DNA of 63,173 nucleotides, the filler included, from Octopus bimaculoides (lineage: Eukaryota): NCBI RefSeq assembly GCF_001194135.2. It is 6 parts of 6 records of this genome, joined end to end, with 100 filler letters (N's around TTAATTAATTAA, not from the genome) between each part and the next. Parts side by side here need not be neighbours in the genome. Positions count along the whole stretch, not along the records: positions 43,357 to 57,295 come from NC_068981.1; positions 57,396 to 61,059 come from NC_068986.1; positions 61,160 to 63,173 come from NW_026343375.1; 3 more parts are not named here. One strand, 5' to 3'. The notes under the pieces are model-generated. The model worked only from the letters and a program-made list of their open reading frames with translations, had not been told where the DNA came from and ran no database searches. A program made the position numbers and the translations under genes. This document shows positions 49,577 through 61,834 of this stretch, in pieces; within the stretch, counting starts at the first letter, position 1; every line of letters starts with the position of its first letter.

Positions 49577-51123
49577 CATATTCAAACTAAAAGTGACAGA
49601 GAGGAATTGTGTCTAAGGGTAGAATGAAACTGATTCTGTAGAAAAAATATATATATAATTCTTTTTCCAGAGTTAAGATTCTAATGAAATGCATTAAATT
49701 TTGCTGGTGACAATATCTGAAATTTGGCACATCTGTGATATGTGATAAAATCTGACTGCATGGTATGCTTCTGATAAAGATTTATACAAGCTACTAACAG
49801 ATATATGATGGTGTAGAAAGAGATCAGGGTAGTATTTAACGAGGCCAAACAATTGCATCCGATGAAGTTAAATATATATGTGAGGGTGGGTACTTACAAG
49901 TATAGACTGACAAAAACGTTTAAACATATATATATACATATATATATAATAGTGTGTGCATGTATGAAGGACTAGTGGATAGGGTATTGCACTGACGATC
50001 GTTAAAGCGTGAGTTCGATTCTTGGATAGTGCGGTGCGTTGTGTTCTTGAGTAAAACACTTGATTTTACGTTGTTCTGCGGTTGGAAGCTTGGCACACCC
50101 GTTAGTTCATCGGCAGAAATGGTTTGCAGTATATCTTCCGGCTCGCCACATTCTGAGTTCAACTCCAGTATTCATCCCAGTAGTCATGGTAGTCAAAGCT
50201 CCACTAAGCTACTTAACGGCGGCAGGGACGATACAGGCCCTCCCAGGTCGTATGGAATGCAGTGGAGCAGTCTGAGAGCAGGCCACCACTTCTCTTATAT
50301 ATATANNNNNNNNNNNNNNNNNNNNNNNNNNNNNNNNNNNNNNNNNNNNNNNNNNNNNNNNNNNNNNNNNNNNNNNNNNNNNNNNNNNNNNNNNNNNNNN
50401 NNNNNNNNNNNNNNNNNNNNNNNNNNNNNNNNNNNNNNNNNNNNNNNNNNNNNNNNNNNNNNNNNNNNNNNNNNNNNNNNNNNNNNNNNNNNNNNNNNNN
50501 NNNNNNNNNNNNNNNNNNNNNNNNNNNNNNNNNNNNNNNNNNNNNNNNNNNNNNNNNNNNNNNNNNNNNNNNNNNNNNNNNNNNNNNNNNNNNNNNNNNN
50601 NNNNNNNNNNNNNNNNNNNNNNNNNNNNNNNNNNNNNNNNNNNNNNNNNNNNNNNNNNNNNNNNNNNNNNNNNNNNNNNNNNNNNNNNNNNNNNNNNNNN
50701 NNNNNNNNNNNNNNNNNNNNNNNNNNNNNNNNNNNNNNNNNNNNNNNNNNNNNNNNNNNNNNNNNNNNNNNNNNNNNNNNNNNNNNNNNNNNNNNNNNNN
50801 NNNNNNNNNNNNNNNNNNNNNNNNNNNNNNNNNNNNNNNNNNNNNNNNNNNNNNNNNNNNNNNNNNNNNNNNNNNNNNNNNNNNNNNNNNNNNNNNNNNN
50901 NNNNNNNNNNNNNNNNNNNNNNNNNNNNNNNNNNNNNNNNNNNNNNNNNNNNNNNNNNNNNNNNNNNNNNNNNNCTGGACCCGGAACTATTTGGTTGAGA
51001 AGCAAGCTTCTTACCACACAGTCACTCATTCAAAGTTTTTTTTAGTTCGGTACGATATGTGGTTTGTGCCTGATAATTATGTTTGAGATATGTTGATCTT
51101 TCTATTAGAGAACGGCACATTAT

Positions 51124-51183
<60 letters not shown>

Positions 51184-51571
51184 TGCAGACCAGGGGTTTA
51201 ATGATGAATTTCGGAAGACAAAAAACATGGAAATCAAGTTGAAAATAAATATTAAAAACAAAATAAATATGGCTATAATTCCGTAACTCTGCTATGACGT
51301 TTTCGTTCAGGAATGTGCATATTTTTCATTTACTTCCAGGGGATTGGTTGGGCATCAATTTTCCCAGTACCTTCGTTCGCCTGATAGAGTAGGATTTCTA
51401 AACGGTCTTTAGCTACACATTCACTAATTTGGGATTCTTATCCCTTTCTAAATACATATATACATACACTTACACAGAGACACACACACGCGCATATATA
51501 TATCTTTTTATATAATACATACATACATATACATATGCATGCATAAATGCATACGTGTATATATGTATATA

Positions 51572-51869
51572 TAGGCGTAGGAGTGGCTGTGTGATAAGTA
51601 ACTTGCTTACGAACCACATGGTTCTGGGTTCAGTCCTACTGCGTGGCATCTTGAGCAAGTGCCTTCTACTATAGCCTCGGGCCGACCAAAGCCTTGTGAG
51701 AGGATTTGGTAGACGGAAACAGAAAGAAGCGCGTCGTATATATGTATATACATATATATGTATGTGTGTATACATGTTTGTGTGTCAGTGTTTGTCCCCC
51801 AACATCCCTTGACAACCGCTGCTGGTGTGTTTACGTCCCCGTAACGTATCGGTTCGGCAAAAGAGACCG
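51572..51869 (+). mobile_element. SINE family A, CpG-intact copy cut by a gap
   Basis: taggcgtaggagtggctgtgtg...gcctcgggccgacc...gacggaaac...gcggttcggcaaaagagaccg-type tail. Confidence 0.9.
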
Positions 51870-52540
51870 NNNNNNNNNNNNNNNNNNNNNNNNNNNNNNN
51901 NNNNNNNNNNNNNNNNNNNNNNNNNNNNNNNNNNNNNNNNNNNNNNNNNNNNNNNNNNNNNNNNNNNNNNNNNNNNNNNNNNNNNNNNNNNNNNNNNNNN
52001 NNNNNNNNNNNNNNNNNNNNNNNNNNNNNNNNNNNNNNNNNNNNNNNNNNNNNNNNNNNNNNNNNNNNNNNNNNNNNNNNNNNNNNNNNNNNNNNNNNNN
52101 NNNNNNNNNNNNNNNNNNNNNNNNNNNNNNNNNNNNNNNNNNNNNNNNNNNNNNNNNNNNNNNNNNNNNNNNNNNNNNNNNNNNNNNNNNNNNNNNNNNN
52201 NNNNNNNNNNNNNNNNNNNNNNNNNNNNNNNNNNNNNNNNNNNNNNNNNNNNNNNNNNNNNNNNNNNNNNNNNNNNNNNNNNNNNNNNNNNNNNNNNNNN
52301 NNNNNNNNNNNNNNNNNNNNNNNNNNNNNNNNNNNNNNNNNNNNNNNNNNNNNNNNNNNNNNNNNNNNNNNNNNNNNNNNNNNNNNNNNNNNNNNNNNNN
52401 NNNNNNNNNNNNNNNNNNNNNNNNNNNNNNNNNNNNNNNNNNNNNNNNNNNNNNNNNNNNNNNNNNNNNNNNNNNNNNNNNNNNNNNNNNNNNNNNNNNN
52501 CTTGATAAATTCCTGTAAAAGAATTTGTCCTATTATTGAA

Positions 52541-52591
<51 letters not shown>

Positions 52592-52646
52592 TATATATAA
52601 TATATATATATAAACACACTCACACACACATACACACACATGCACA

Positions 52647-52700
<54 letters not shown>

Positions 52701-52799
52701 CATATGCATATATATGTATATGTGTATGGATGTGTATGTGTGTAAGAGAAAGGTAGGAGAGAAAGAGAGAGAGTTTAAGGGTATATTGAATAAATCATG

Positions 52800-53520
52800 C
52801 TTACCAGTCCCGTTTGTAAAACATTTTCGAGGCATTTATCAATGGTGCCAATGAAAGGCAGGTGTGATATTTCTAGGTTGCGTGTGAATGACACTTGTGT
52901 GTGGATGTTTAACCAGGTGTGAAGAATGGTTTCATCTCCATTCGAAAGTAACTTGTTACAAGTAACAACTAGTAAGTCGTTATTACACAGAATGCCGACT
53001 CTAGGTTTTGTAATTGTCAAATGCAAGAAAATTGTTGTTTGCAATGTTCTGAATGACCAAAGTCGTTCACACCATAAACAGCCCGTCTCTTCCTTAGACA
53101 TATGTATTAAGTACAACTCTATGCAAAATATCAATTCTTTTTATAAGAGAACAAGAAATTGAGATTCGGTTGCTCTTTCTAACAAGTTCATCGACTATGG
53201 AGAAACCACGTTCGTTGATATGTGTGCAGTGGCGAGCGTTAGATTGGGAAAGGAGATAGGGGAGCAAGTCATCAAAGGCCTAGTTGTAAAAATTCATATT
53301 GGTGGTCATTAATGTGAATACCTGCATATTTCTTCATCTGTGGAGATGTAAGACAAGGAATAAGAGGACGAGTAGATTGATGATTCCATTGAGATTGTAG
53401 TTTCCAGCTAGAATATTCATCGTTGTTGGTGAATGAGGTTGCTTTGTGCTAGGAAAGCTCACAAATATAAAGATGGTGCTAAGTGTAGCTAGTTGGATTA
53501 AGAGGGCAACAAGTTTAACT
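52800..53520 (-). mobile_element. Possible old LINE (APE-endonuclease-like) relic
   Basis: ILAGNYNLNGI resembles the GDFNL motif; the rest is heavily disrupted. Confidence 0.3.
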
Positions 53521-53789
53521 GGTAAAATGTTATTTCTACGTGTATGAATACAATTACATACAATATATTTTATATACACGTATGCATATATGTGTGTGCG
53601 TATCTTTATGTACATAGGTATGTATGTTATCAATCAGTTTGTTTTATGGATGCGTTTTTATGTATATATTTTCATGTCTAGGCGTATGCATATGTATTTA
53701 TGCGCAGATTTGTATATTTGTTTTATAGATGCGTTTTTATGTATATATTTTTGTGTCTAGATGCAAGCATATGTATTTATGTGCTAAAC

Positions 53790-54022
53790 TTTTGGAAAGT
53801 TTTACATATCTTTACAGTTCCATTGATGGCTTGAATCTGTAGTCTTCTAATCAGCCTTTGTTCTTTTCAGGTTTTGAGAACCCTAATTTTTCCAGGTTTT
53901 TGTTGAGGCAGTTCGTTACATATCCCATTGCCCCAACAATCACGGGTATGAATCTGAACTTGTAGTCTGGGTGGAGTATTTGCAAATTTCTCAGTAGCTC
54001 GGCGTAGTTGTTCTCTTTTTCT
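53790..54022 (-). mobile_element. RLE-type LINE extreme 3' end (same type as 19560-20183)
   Basis: EKENNYAELLRNLQILHPDYKFRFIPVIVGAMGYVTNCLNKNLEKLGF...LIRRLQIQAINGTVK. Confidence 0.85.
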
Positions 54023-54621
54023 GTAAGTTTTAGTGTATGTATGTATGTATGTATGTATGTATGTATGTATGTATCTATGTATGTATGCATGTATTCATGT
54101 ATGTACGTATGTATGTATACATACACACACATATATTTACATACTTCCATATTTACCTATATCATAACTGTTAATTATAATCGTAAAGATTACTGATTAG
54201 TAAGTATTGTTCTTAAAATCCTAATGAGATATGAAGTTATTTAAGTAAAAAAATTAGAAATCCAAAGAGTCTGATAAAGAACGGAACTGTACATTTATAA
54301 CTTGCTCTAAATGAACTGTTTCAGTACACAAGGCGAGTCGCATGTTCGATAATCTTTCTTTATTTTAATGTACAAGCACTAAATACATTGTTGATAGTGT
54401 CGAAAGCATTAATTTTAGAAATAACAATAATATTTAGATTACAGACTGATTAATCTGATGCAAAAATTAAATGAATATAAGTTGTCTTGAATATTTGCAA
54501 CACAACTGAATTTTTGAAACGAAAAACAGTGAAATAAACTCTTCAAAAGATTATGATATAATTTTTATGATTGTTTTTGCTACATGTTAGACGGAGGCAT
54601 GGTAATATCAGAACAAGGAGT

Positions 54622-54800
54622 TTAAGGCGACGAGAAGGCAGAATCTTTAGTATACCAAATGAAATGCTTAGCAGCATTACGTCCGTCTTTATGCCCTGAC
54701 TTCAAATTCAGCCGAGGTCGACTATGATTTTCATCCTTTTTCTGGGTTGACAAAATAAGTACAAGTGGAGTACTGGGATCGATCACATACTTATATACCC
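54622..54800 (+). mobile_element. SINE family B
   Basis: taaggcgacgagaaggcagaatc...aaattcagccgaggtcgactatg. Confidence 0.8.
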
Positions 54801-54902
54801 CGGGAACTATCTTCATTCGAAATTCTTGTCACTTTGTTTATGGCCTTCTTGAACGCCATAAAAAATAAATTAGATCTCAAAGAAAAGTATACGAAAAGCG
54901 AA

Positions 54903-55260
54903 AGCATGGCTATGTTGTAAGAATTTTGCTTCCCAACCACATGGTCTTCGGTTTAGTCCTACTGCGTGGCAACTTCAGAAATGTTTCTTCTACTATAGCC
55001 TTGAGCCGACCAAAGATTTGCGAGTGCATTTGGTAGACGGAAACTGAAAGAAGCCCGTTGTGTGTGTGTGTGTGCGTGTATCTGTTTTCCCACCACACCC
55101 CACGACTGCCATTGTTAATATAGCGGTTCGGCAAGAGAAACTGGTAGAATAAGTACGAAGTTTTAAAAATAAATCTGGATTTGATTTGTTCGACTAAATC
55201 CCTTCAAAGCGATGCTCCAGCATCGCCGCCGTCAAATGACTGAAACAAGTAAAAGATCAA
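54903..55260 (+). mobile_element. SINE family A, full length
   Basis: Runs from the head to ...gtcaaatgactgaaacaagtaaaaga. Confidence 0.85.
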
Positions 55261-55644
55261 ACAAAGATACAAAACAAAGAAGATTTATATATGGAGCAAA
55301 GTAGATAAATAAATGCAAGATAAAATTGTTCTCAATTTATTTTTAATCAATCTGGTGCAACTCACCTGACTTAGCGAAGTACACACGTATATCTGGAGGG
55401 TCATATGACCACGTACATGTTCAAAATCTGTTTTGGATGTAGTAGAAGAAAAATTCCCTCAAAGGGAGAAGAACTTTCAAACATTGATAAACAGTGATCC
55501 TGCTTGGCGTAATGTATAAATTCTAATTGTAACAAGAGCTCATGAAACGAACGTTTCGTATGTGGGAAATCTTTCTTATTAGTTTTTTTATTACCATAGT
55601 AGCTTTTCACTCAAGTACAAAACGTAAATATATATATAGATTTC

Positions 55645-55678
<34 letters not shown>

Positions 55679-56058
55679 CATACATACATACATGCATACA
55701 TACATATATGTATATACATATGTGTGTGTACGTGTGTATATATATATGTGCGTGTATGTATATANNNNNNNNNNNNNNNNNNNNNNNNNNNNNNNNNNNN
55801 NNNNNNNNNNNNNNNNNNNNNNNNNNNNNNNNNNNNNNNNNNNNNNNNNNNNNNNNNNNNNNNNNNNNNNNNNNNNNNNNNNNNNNNNNNNNNNNNNNNN
55901 NNNNNNNNNNNNNNNNNNNNNNNNNNNNNNNNNNNNNNNNNNNNNNNNNNNNNNNNNNNNNNNNNNNNNNNNNNNNNNNNNNNNNNNNNNNNNNNNNNNN
56001 NNNNNNNNNNNNNNNNNNNNNNNNNNNNNNNNNNNNNNNNNNNNNNNNNNNNNNNNNN

Positions 56059-56098
<40 letters not shown>

Positions 56099-56463
56099 TA
56101 TATATGTATATATATATATATATGTGTGTGTGTGTCGGGTTTGTGTGTTTACGATGTCAATAGTTGACCGTGAACTGTCTTTGATATTATAAACATATCT
56201 GTTCCCTCTACCCAACATATGGAGCTCTGCATCAAATTATGTTTGTACATATGACTTTAAATATATTTGCCAATTCTTACATTACAACTTTCGTATGCGT
56301 GCTGTGTGTATGTCTGTTTGTCAGTGTATGCATGTGATTGTGTTTGCGAGTGTATGTATAAGTGCATGTATGCATGCATATATGTATGTATTCTTCTTCT
56401 TTGTTTCACGAGCAGAGAAGGATGCAAACGAATACTAGAAGCACCGATATACCTTATTGCTAG

Positions 56464-56633
56464 AAGCCCCGATATCCCTTGTTGCGGCAAGAAATCCAGC
56501 TGAGTACAAGGAGAGCCAACCCCATCATTCACGAAATTGTACTGTAGATGCTGAAAAGATTGCAGAGGCAGTGATCGCCAGAGCTGTAAATCTGAAGCTG
56601 AAGGAAGAAACATATAATATACCAATTATATGA
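56464..56633 (+). CDS. Unverified candidate terminal exon with an AKAP-like amphipathic helix
   Basis: ccttattgctag|AA then APISLVAARNPAEYKESQPHHSRNCTVDAEKIAEAVIARAVNLKLKEETYNIPII*; ATTAAA overlaps and follows the stop. Confidence 0.3.
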
Positions 56634-57295
56634 TTAAATTTTTTATTTAAATAGCTGATGTCGCTTTGATGCCATCAACAGTTTGTGAACTCTGATGACC
56701 AATAGAAGCCTAAACACCAAAGATCAATCTTGAATGTCTCTCATTGTTCCCACTCTGAACTTAGAATCTGATGAGATAGACGAGTTGTATGTAGTCAGCC
56801 ATTAAATTTTAAGGCATGTGGGTGTTCAGTAAAATCCTATGATATATAAATAGAATAGGGGCAGCTGATGAAGGAAATGTTCTCTATGTGGCTTGTCTGT
56901 TTTCCTGTATGTTCCTACCGTTGTCCGAAAAAAAGTTTGTTTTCCGAACTTTGTTTATATTCCCGTTTTTCATTTTGTCCACGTTTACTGTGACGTCCTG
57001 TACCTAGATATGCATCTATATATACATGTAGATGTAGGTATGTACATACATGTACGTATATATGCATATACTCACATATTATTTGTATTATTATTATTAT
57101 TATTATTGTTATTAGTATTATTATTATTATTCAGTAGTTTTATTTTTATAACGTGCTTTCACTTCACTACCGAGCGCAGCTCTGTGCGCCTTGGGTATGT
57201 GCTGTGGTTTGCTGTGGTGCTCTTATGTTTACTGTATTGAAAGTGTTTTGCGTAGGATGTGTGCAGTACCCAGTATCGAGGTCTATATTTACATT

Positions 57296-57395
57296 NNNNN
57301 NNNNNNNNNNNNNNNNNNNNNNNNNNNNNNNNNNNNNNNTTAATTAATTAANNNNNNNNNNNNNNNNNNNNNNNNNNNNNNNNNNNNNNNNNNNN
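57296..57395. other. Artificial scaffold join
   Basis: 44N-TTAATTAATTAA-44N. Confidence 0.95.
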
Positions 57396-58799
57396 ATATA
57401 TATATATATATACCTGCGTATATTCTTATACAGACACATATATAGCTGAATGCTAGTATTTATACAGATATCATGCGATAGAAAGTCGAAGTTACTTACG
57501 CAAAACACATAGAGTATAGACACGGTCGTCCTTAGACTTTCATCCGTGACCGGCCTAATATCATTATCGTTTCGATACATTATGATAATAATATTGAATT
57601 TCATGTTATATATGTGTCTCTGTGTGAGTGAGAGTTTGTGTGTTTGTTTGTGTATATATGTGTGTGTGTGTGTCTGAGAGAGAGAGAGAGGGAGAGTTTG
57701 GGTTTTATATAAGCACATATATATGTGTGTATGCGTGTCCATGTCTATGTGTATGCATATACATATAATATATATTATATCCGCATTTGTTTCTAGCCCT
57801 ATTCATATATGTACATATACACATATACATAAATACCTGCTTATAAATATATGTGTGTGTATGTGTATGTGTATGCGTGCGTGCGATTTTATCACATTCA
57901 AACATCCATGCCTACATAGATTTATGTATACATTTTCTGTAGAAATCTATATTATTATTCTGTTCCAAACTTCTGGACATATTACTTGTTACCATTTAGT
58001 AATTTTACCAGCTAATTAGCTGCTATTCTCTGTATAACCTTTTCTTCTTTATACTGGCTTAGTGAGTGTGTAATGTGTCATACAAACAAAGGGTGAATTT
58101 TATTGTGTAAAATCTATGTACTTTGTACACGTGACACACTTATGAATGCCCATCCATCTATATTTAAATGTACGTGCATAGACTGACTAGCAGCAAGTAT
58201 AGCATGAACAATGAACGTATATATACGCATCTCCGTAGTATACATATATATATATATATATANNNNNNNNNNNNNNNNNNNNNNNNNNNNNNNNNNNNNN
58301 NNNNNNNNNNNNNNNNNNNNNNNNNNNNNNNNNNNNNNNNNNNNNNNNNNNNNNNNNNNNNNNNNNNNNNNNNNNNNNNNNNNNNNNNNNNNNNNNNNNN
58401 NNNNNNNNNNNNNNNNNNNNNNNNNNNNNNNNNNNNNNNNNNNNNNNNNNNNNNNNNNNNNNNNNNNNNNNNNNNNNNNNNNNNNNNNNNNNNNNNNNNN
58501 NNNNNNNNNNNNNNNNNNNNNNNNNNNNNNNNNNNNNNNNNNNNNNNNNNNNNNNNNNNNNNNNNNNNNNNNNNNNNNNNNNNNNNNNNNNNNNNNNNNN
58601 NNNNNNNNNNNNNNNNNNNNNNNNNNNNNNNNNNNNNTATATGTATATATATATATATTGACTAGCCTGTTTGTGATGGCTCAACTTAGATTAGCAAGTC
58701 AGATCACATGAACGAATTGTCAATACCTTGCAAGGAAGGTTTGTAAATGCAGTTAGTTGTTGAATAAAAGTAGCTATGAGCACTCTGCCTATACACACA

Positions 58800-59262
58800 C
58801 ACACACACGATAGATTAACACAACTCAATCGGACACTCTGCAACAAGTATGTACTTGACAGAACAAAACATTGGTACGACCACAAACCTGAAGGCATCGT
58901 CGAAAATAGAAATGCTAAGATTTTATGGAATTTTATGATTCAGTGCGACCATGAGATAGAGAATAGGAAGCCGGACGTAGTCTTAATTGAGAAAAGAAAA
59001 AAAACTATGCATGATCATAGATATAGCTTGCCCAGCTGACAGGGTATACGATACCGAAGAAAGAAAAGTTGAGAAATATGACAGGTCAGTTTGGGAAGTT
59101 AAGAAGTTGTGGCCAATGAAAAAGCTAGCAGTGGTACCAATAATTGTCGGAGCCCTGGAAACTGAGTAAAAAATCTTTAGAAGCAAGTGGAACAAATAGG
59201 GGATGCAATAAAAGTGGAGCACTTGCAGAAAACAACACTGCTTGGAACCTCTCGAATGTTAT
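58800..59262 (+). mobile_element. RLE-type (R4/Dong-like) LINE 3' fragment
   Basis: LCNKYVLDRTKHWYDHKPEGIVENRNAKILWNFMIQCDHEIENRKPDVVLIEK...IIDIACP...EKYD...VVPIIVGALET...QKTTLLGT. Confidence 0.9.
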
Positions 59263-61008
59263 CATGATGAGGTCAAAACTTCGGTAGAATATCTACAGTT
59301 GATAGATATAAGCAGTAGTTAATCTGATTTGGGAGCGGAGTCATACAGGACAGGAGACGACGCGTATTAAAAATACGAAGAATTACCGGAAGAGAATAAC
59401 GGAGAAAATGACTATAATTATGTGATTAATTAAAAACTATAAATCTATAAACGTGATTACTCATAAGGTATGAGAGTAGAAATATCTAAGGGCAATGTGA
59501 ATGAACTTTAAAACACCTCGCAATTTTGATGAGCAAGTAGTAGATGATCTCTAGATCAAGCCCAGGCAGAATTTAACGTAATACGGTAAAACCAAATTGT
59601 TTTTAATTATCGAAAACAACAGACTTTAGTAGTTCATTATTTAATGGGGGACGGGGAACTTGCTTAAAAAAATTCGATTGATCGTGACATAAAGTATACA
59701 TTCAGTTATACAGGTTGATGTTTTGTGTTTTCCAGAAGCAGACTAGAAAGTTTGTAATAAATTTCATCGGTTAAATTTAACAGATGAACCTATTTAGATT
59801 GCAATGGAGTTCTCTTGTCTATAAGCATGGTATTTTTCATATAAAATTTTATATCTGTAGCAGTAGCCATGCAGAGGGCAATTATCAGGTAACTTGCAAA
59901 AGCATTTCTTTTTATGTTAATACATGATAATCGAATATATGAAAATTGGAGCAGCGCATAGATATCGACCTGGGCTTTACATTACATTCCTTTATCCAAC
60001 CAAACTCGTATGCCTGCAGATTCTTAGAGTAGATGAGGCAGCGTATCTCCTTAGGATAAAATGCCTTCTACGTACTTTTGGGCAGTGATATCCATGAAAG
60101 TAAGGAGGTTATAAAGACTAAACATGTAGCAAGACAGATATTTTCGTAAATTTATATAACATGAAATAGTTTGACATGAAGATCAACAGAAAAGAGAATC
60201 CCTTAAGACGCAATAAAACACACTTTATGGTAATGGCAAATTCATTTCGAAACCGTGCAATTAATCAACAACACATTTTCCTTTTCATCGTTGTCTTCAT
60301 GGTCGTCCTAATCATCATCATCATCATCATCATAACCACCATAACCATCATGATTTATGTATTTAATGTCTTCTGGGGGTTTTTTCCGCTTGTTAAATCA
60401 CAAATGTTACTGATGTTGTTCTTAAGTTGATATTCTAGTAAAATATTGAAGTCGTTGTTCTTGTGCATGATTCCGTCTTTATTCATGCGGTTTGCGGCTG
60501 CAGTTATCGTCACCGTAGTAGATACCTCGGCTGAAGTATTTTGTTTTAGAGCTGTATACTTTATATATTGCTATTGGTTTCTATAATTCCATGTCTTGCT
60601 GTTCTTTTTACTCGTTTTATTTATCATTCAATTTTTTTTCGTCAATTTGCAAATATTTATCTTGAAAGTTTTTTTTTTCTACTTGGCGTTCTACTCTATT
60701 TTCTATTTGTATTTAAGTTTTTCTAATTCAATTGCTGGGGGACAAAAATTTTCTGCGGACTTATATTTCAAATTATGTGTATGTAAAGGACACCCGGGAG
60801 TCTGTTTTATTCGCTCAGGAGAGTTTTATGAATACACCTGTATGAGACTCCAATCTTGTCAGTGTGTGTGTGTGTGTATGTGTGTGTGTGCCTCCGCTAG
60901 TGTGAGATGAAGAAATATGTGTGTAAGCAATTTGTCTCTGCGTGTATAAGTATGTATGCATGTACATATTTATATATACATATCCATACATACATATGTA
61001 TCTATTTA

Positions 61009-61046
<38 letters not shown>

Positions 61047-61059
61047 GATATATATATAC

Positions 61060-61159
61060 NNNNNNNNNNNNNNNNNNNNNNNNNNNNNNNNNNNNNNNNN
61101 NNNTTAATTAATTAANNNNNNNNNNNNNNNNNNNNNNNNNNNNNNNNNNNNNNNNNNNN
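61060..61159. other. Artificial scaffold join
   Basis: 44N-TTAATTAATTAA-44N. Confidence 0.95.
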
Positions 61160-61830
61160 TATAGTGAAGAATTCCGGGTAGAAGTAGGGATCCACCAAGG
61201 ATCAGCCCTTAGTCCCCTTTTATTCATCATAGTCCTCCAGACAATAACACAGGAATTCCAGACGGGTTGCCCTTGGGAGCTCCTCTATGCTGATTACCTG
61301 GTATTCATAGCAAAATCACTACCAGAACTAGAGAAGAAATTTCATGTGTGGAAGTAAAGTTTTGAATCAAAAGGCCTAAGAGTCAATGTAGCAAAGACCA
61401 AAATTCTACTAAGTAGGAAGGCGTACTCATCACACTCCCACTCAGGTAGGTGGCCCTGCTCGATCTGTAGAAAAGGGTAGGTAGAAACTCCATAAGACAT
61501 ACCCAGTGTAAGCTGTGGACACATAAGAGGTGGGAAGACAGCTTTCGTGTGCGGCAGATGCACGGGCAATACACACCACAGATGCTCAGAAAACAGATTC
61601 CATCATATGCCAGAGGGAGAAACTAGTAATTGATAGCTTCCGCTACCTAGGTGAACAAGTTAGTAGTGGAGGTGGATGCTCTGAATGTGTTACCACTAGA
61701 ATAACAATAGTTTAGAAAGCTTCTATCCCTACTGGTGACAAAGGGCCTCTCGCTCAGAGTGAAAGGTAGATTGTATGATGCATGTGTGTGAACTGCCATG
61801 CTTCATGGCAGTGAAACATGGGCTGCGACT
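61160..61830 (+). mobile_element. RTE-clade LINE reverse transcriptase fragment
   Basis: SEEFRVEVGIHQGSALSPLLFIIVL...WELLYADYLV...GLRVNVAKTK...RWPCSICRKG...FRYLGEQV...VKGRLYDACV*TAMLHGSETW. Confidence 0.92.
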
Positions 61831-61834
61831 GATT

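Noticed and set aside
4540-58711. Long ORFs of 150-440 aa in the track
   Set aside because: They run through N gaps and (TA)n/(CA)n/(GA)n repeats (X, YI, HT, CV, SL runs).
12355-61159. Recurrent isolated TTAATTAATTAA (12399, 32624, 43301, 57340, 61104)
   Set aside because: Always 44N+12+44N = 100 bp and a six-frame stop, so it is a scaffolding spacer and not biology. Adjacency across these joins is also uncertain.
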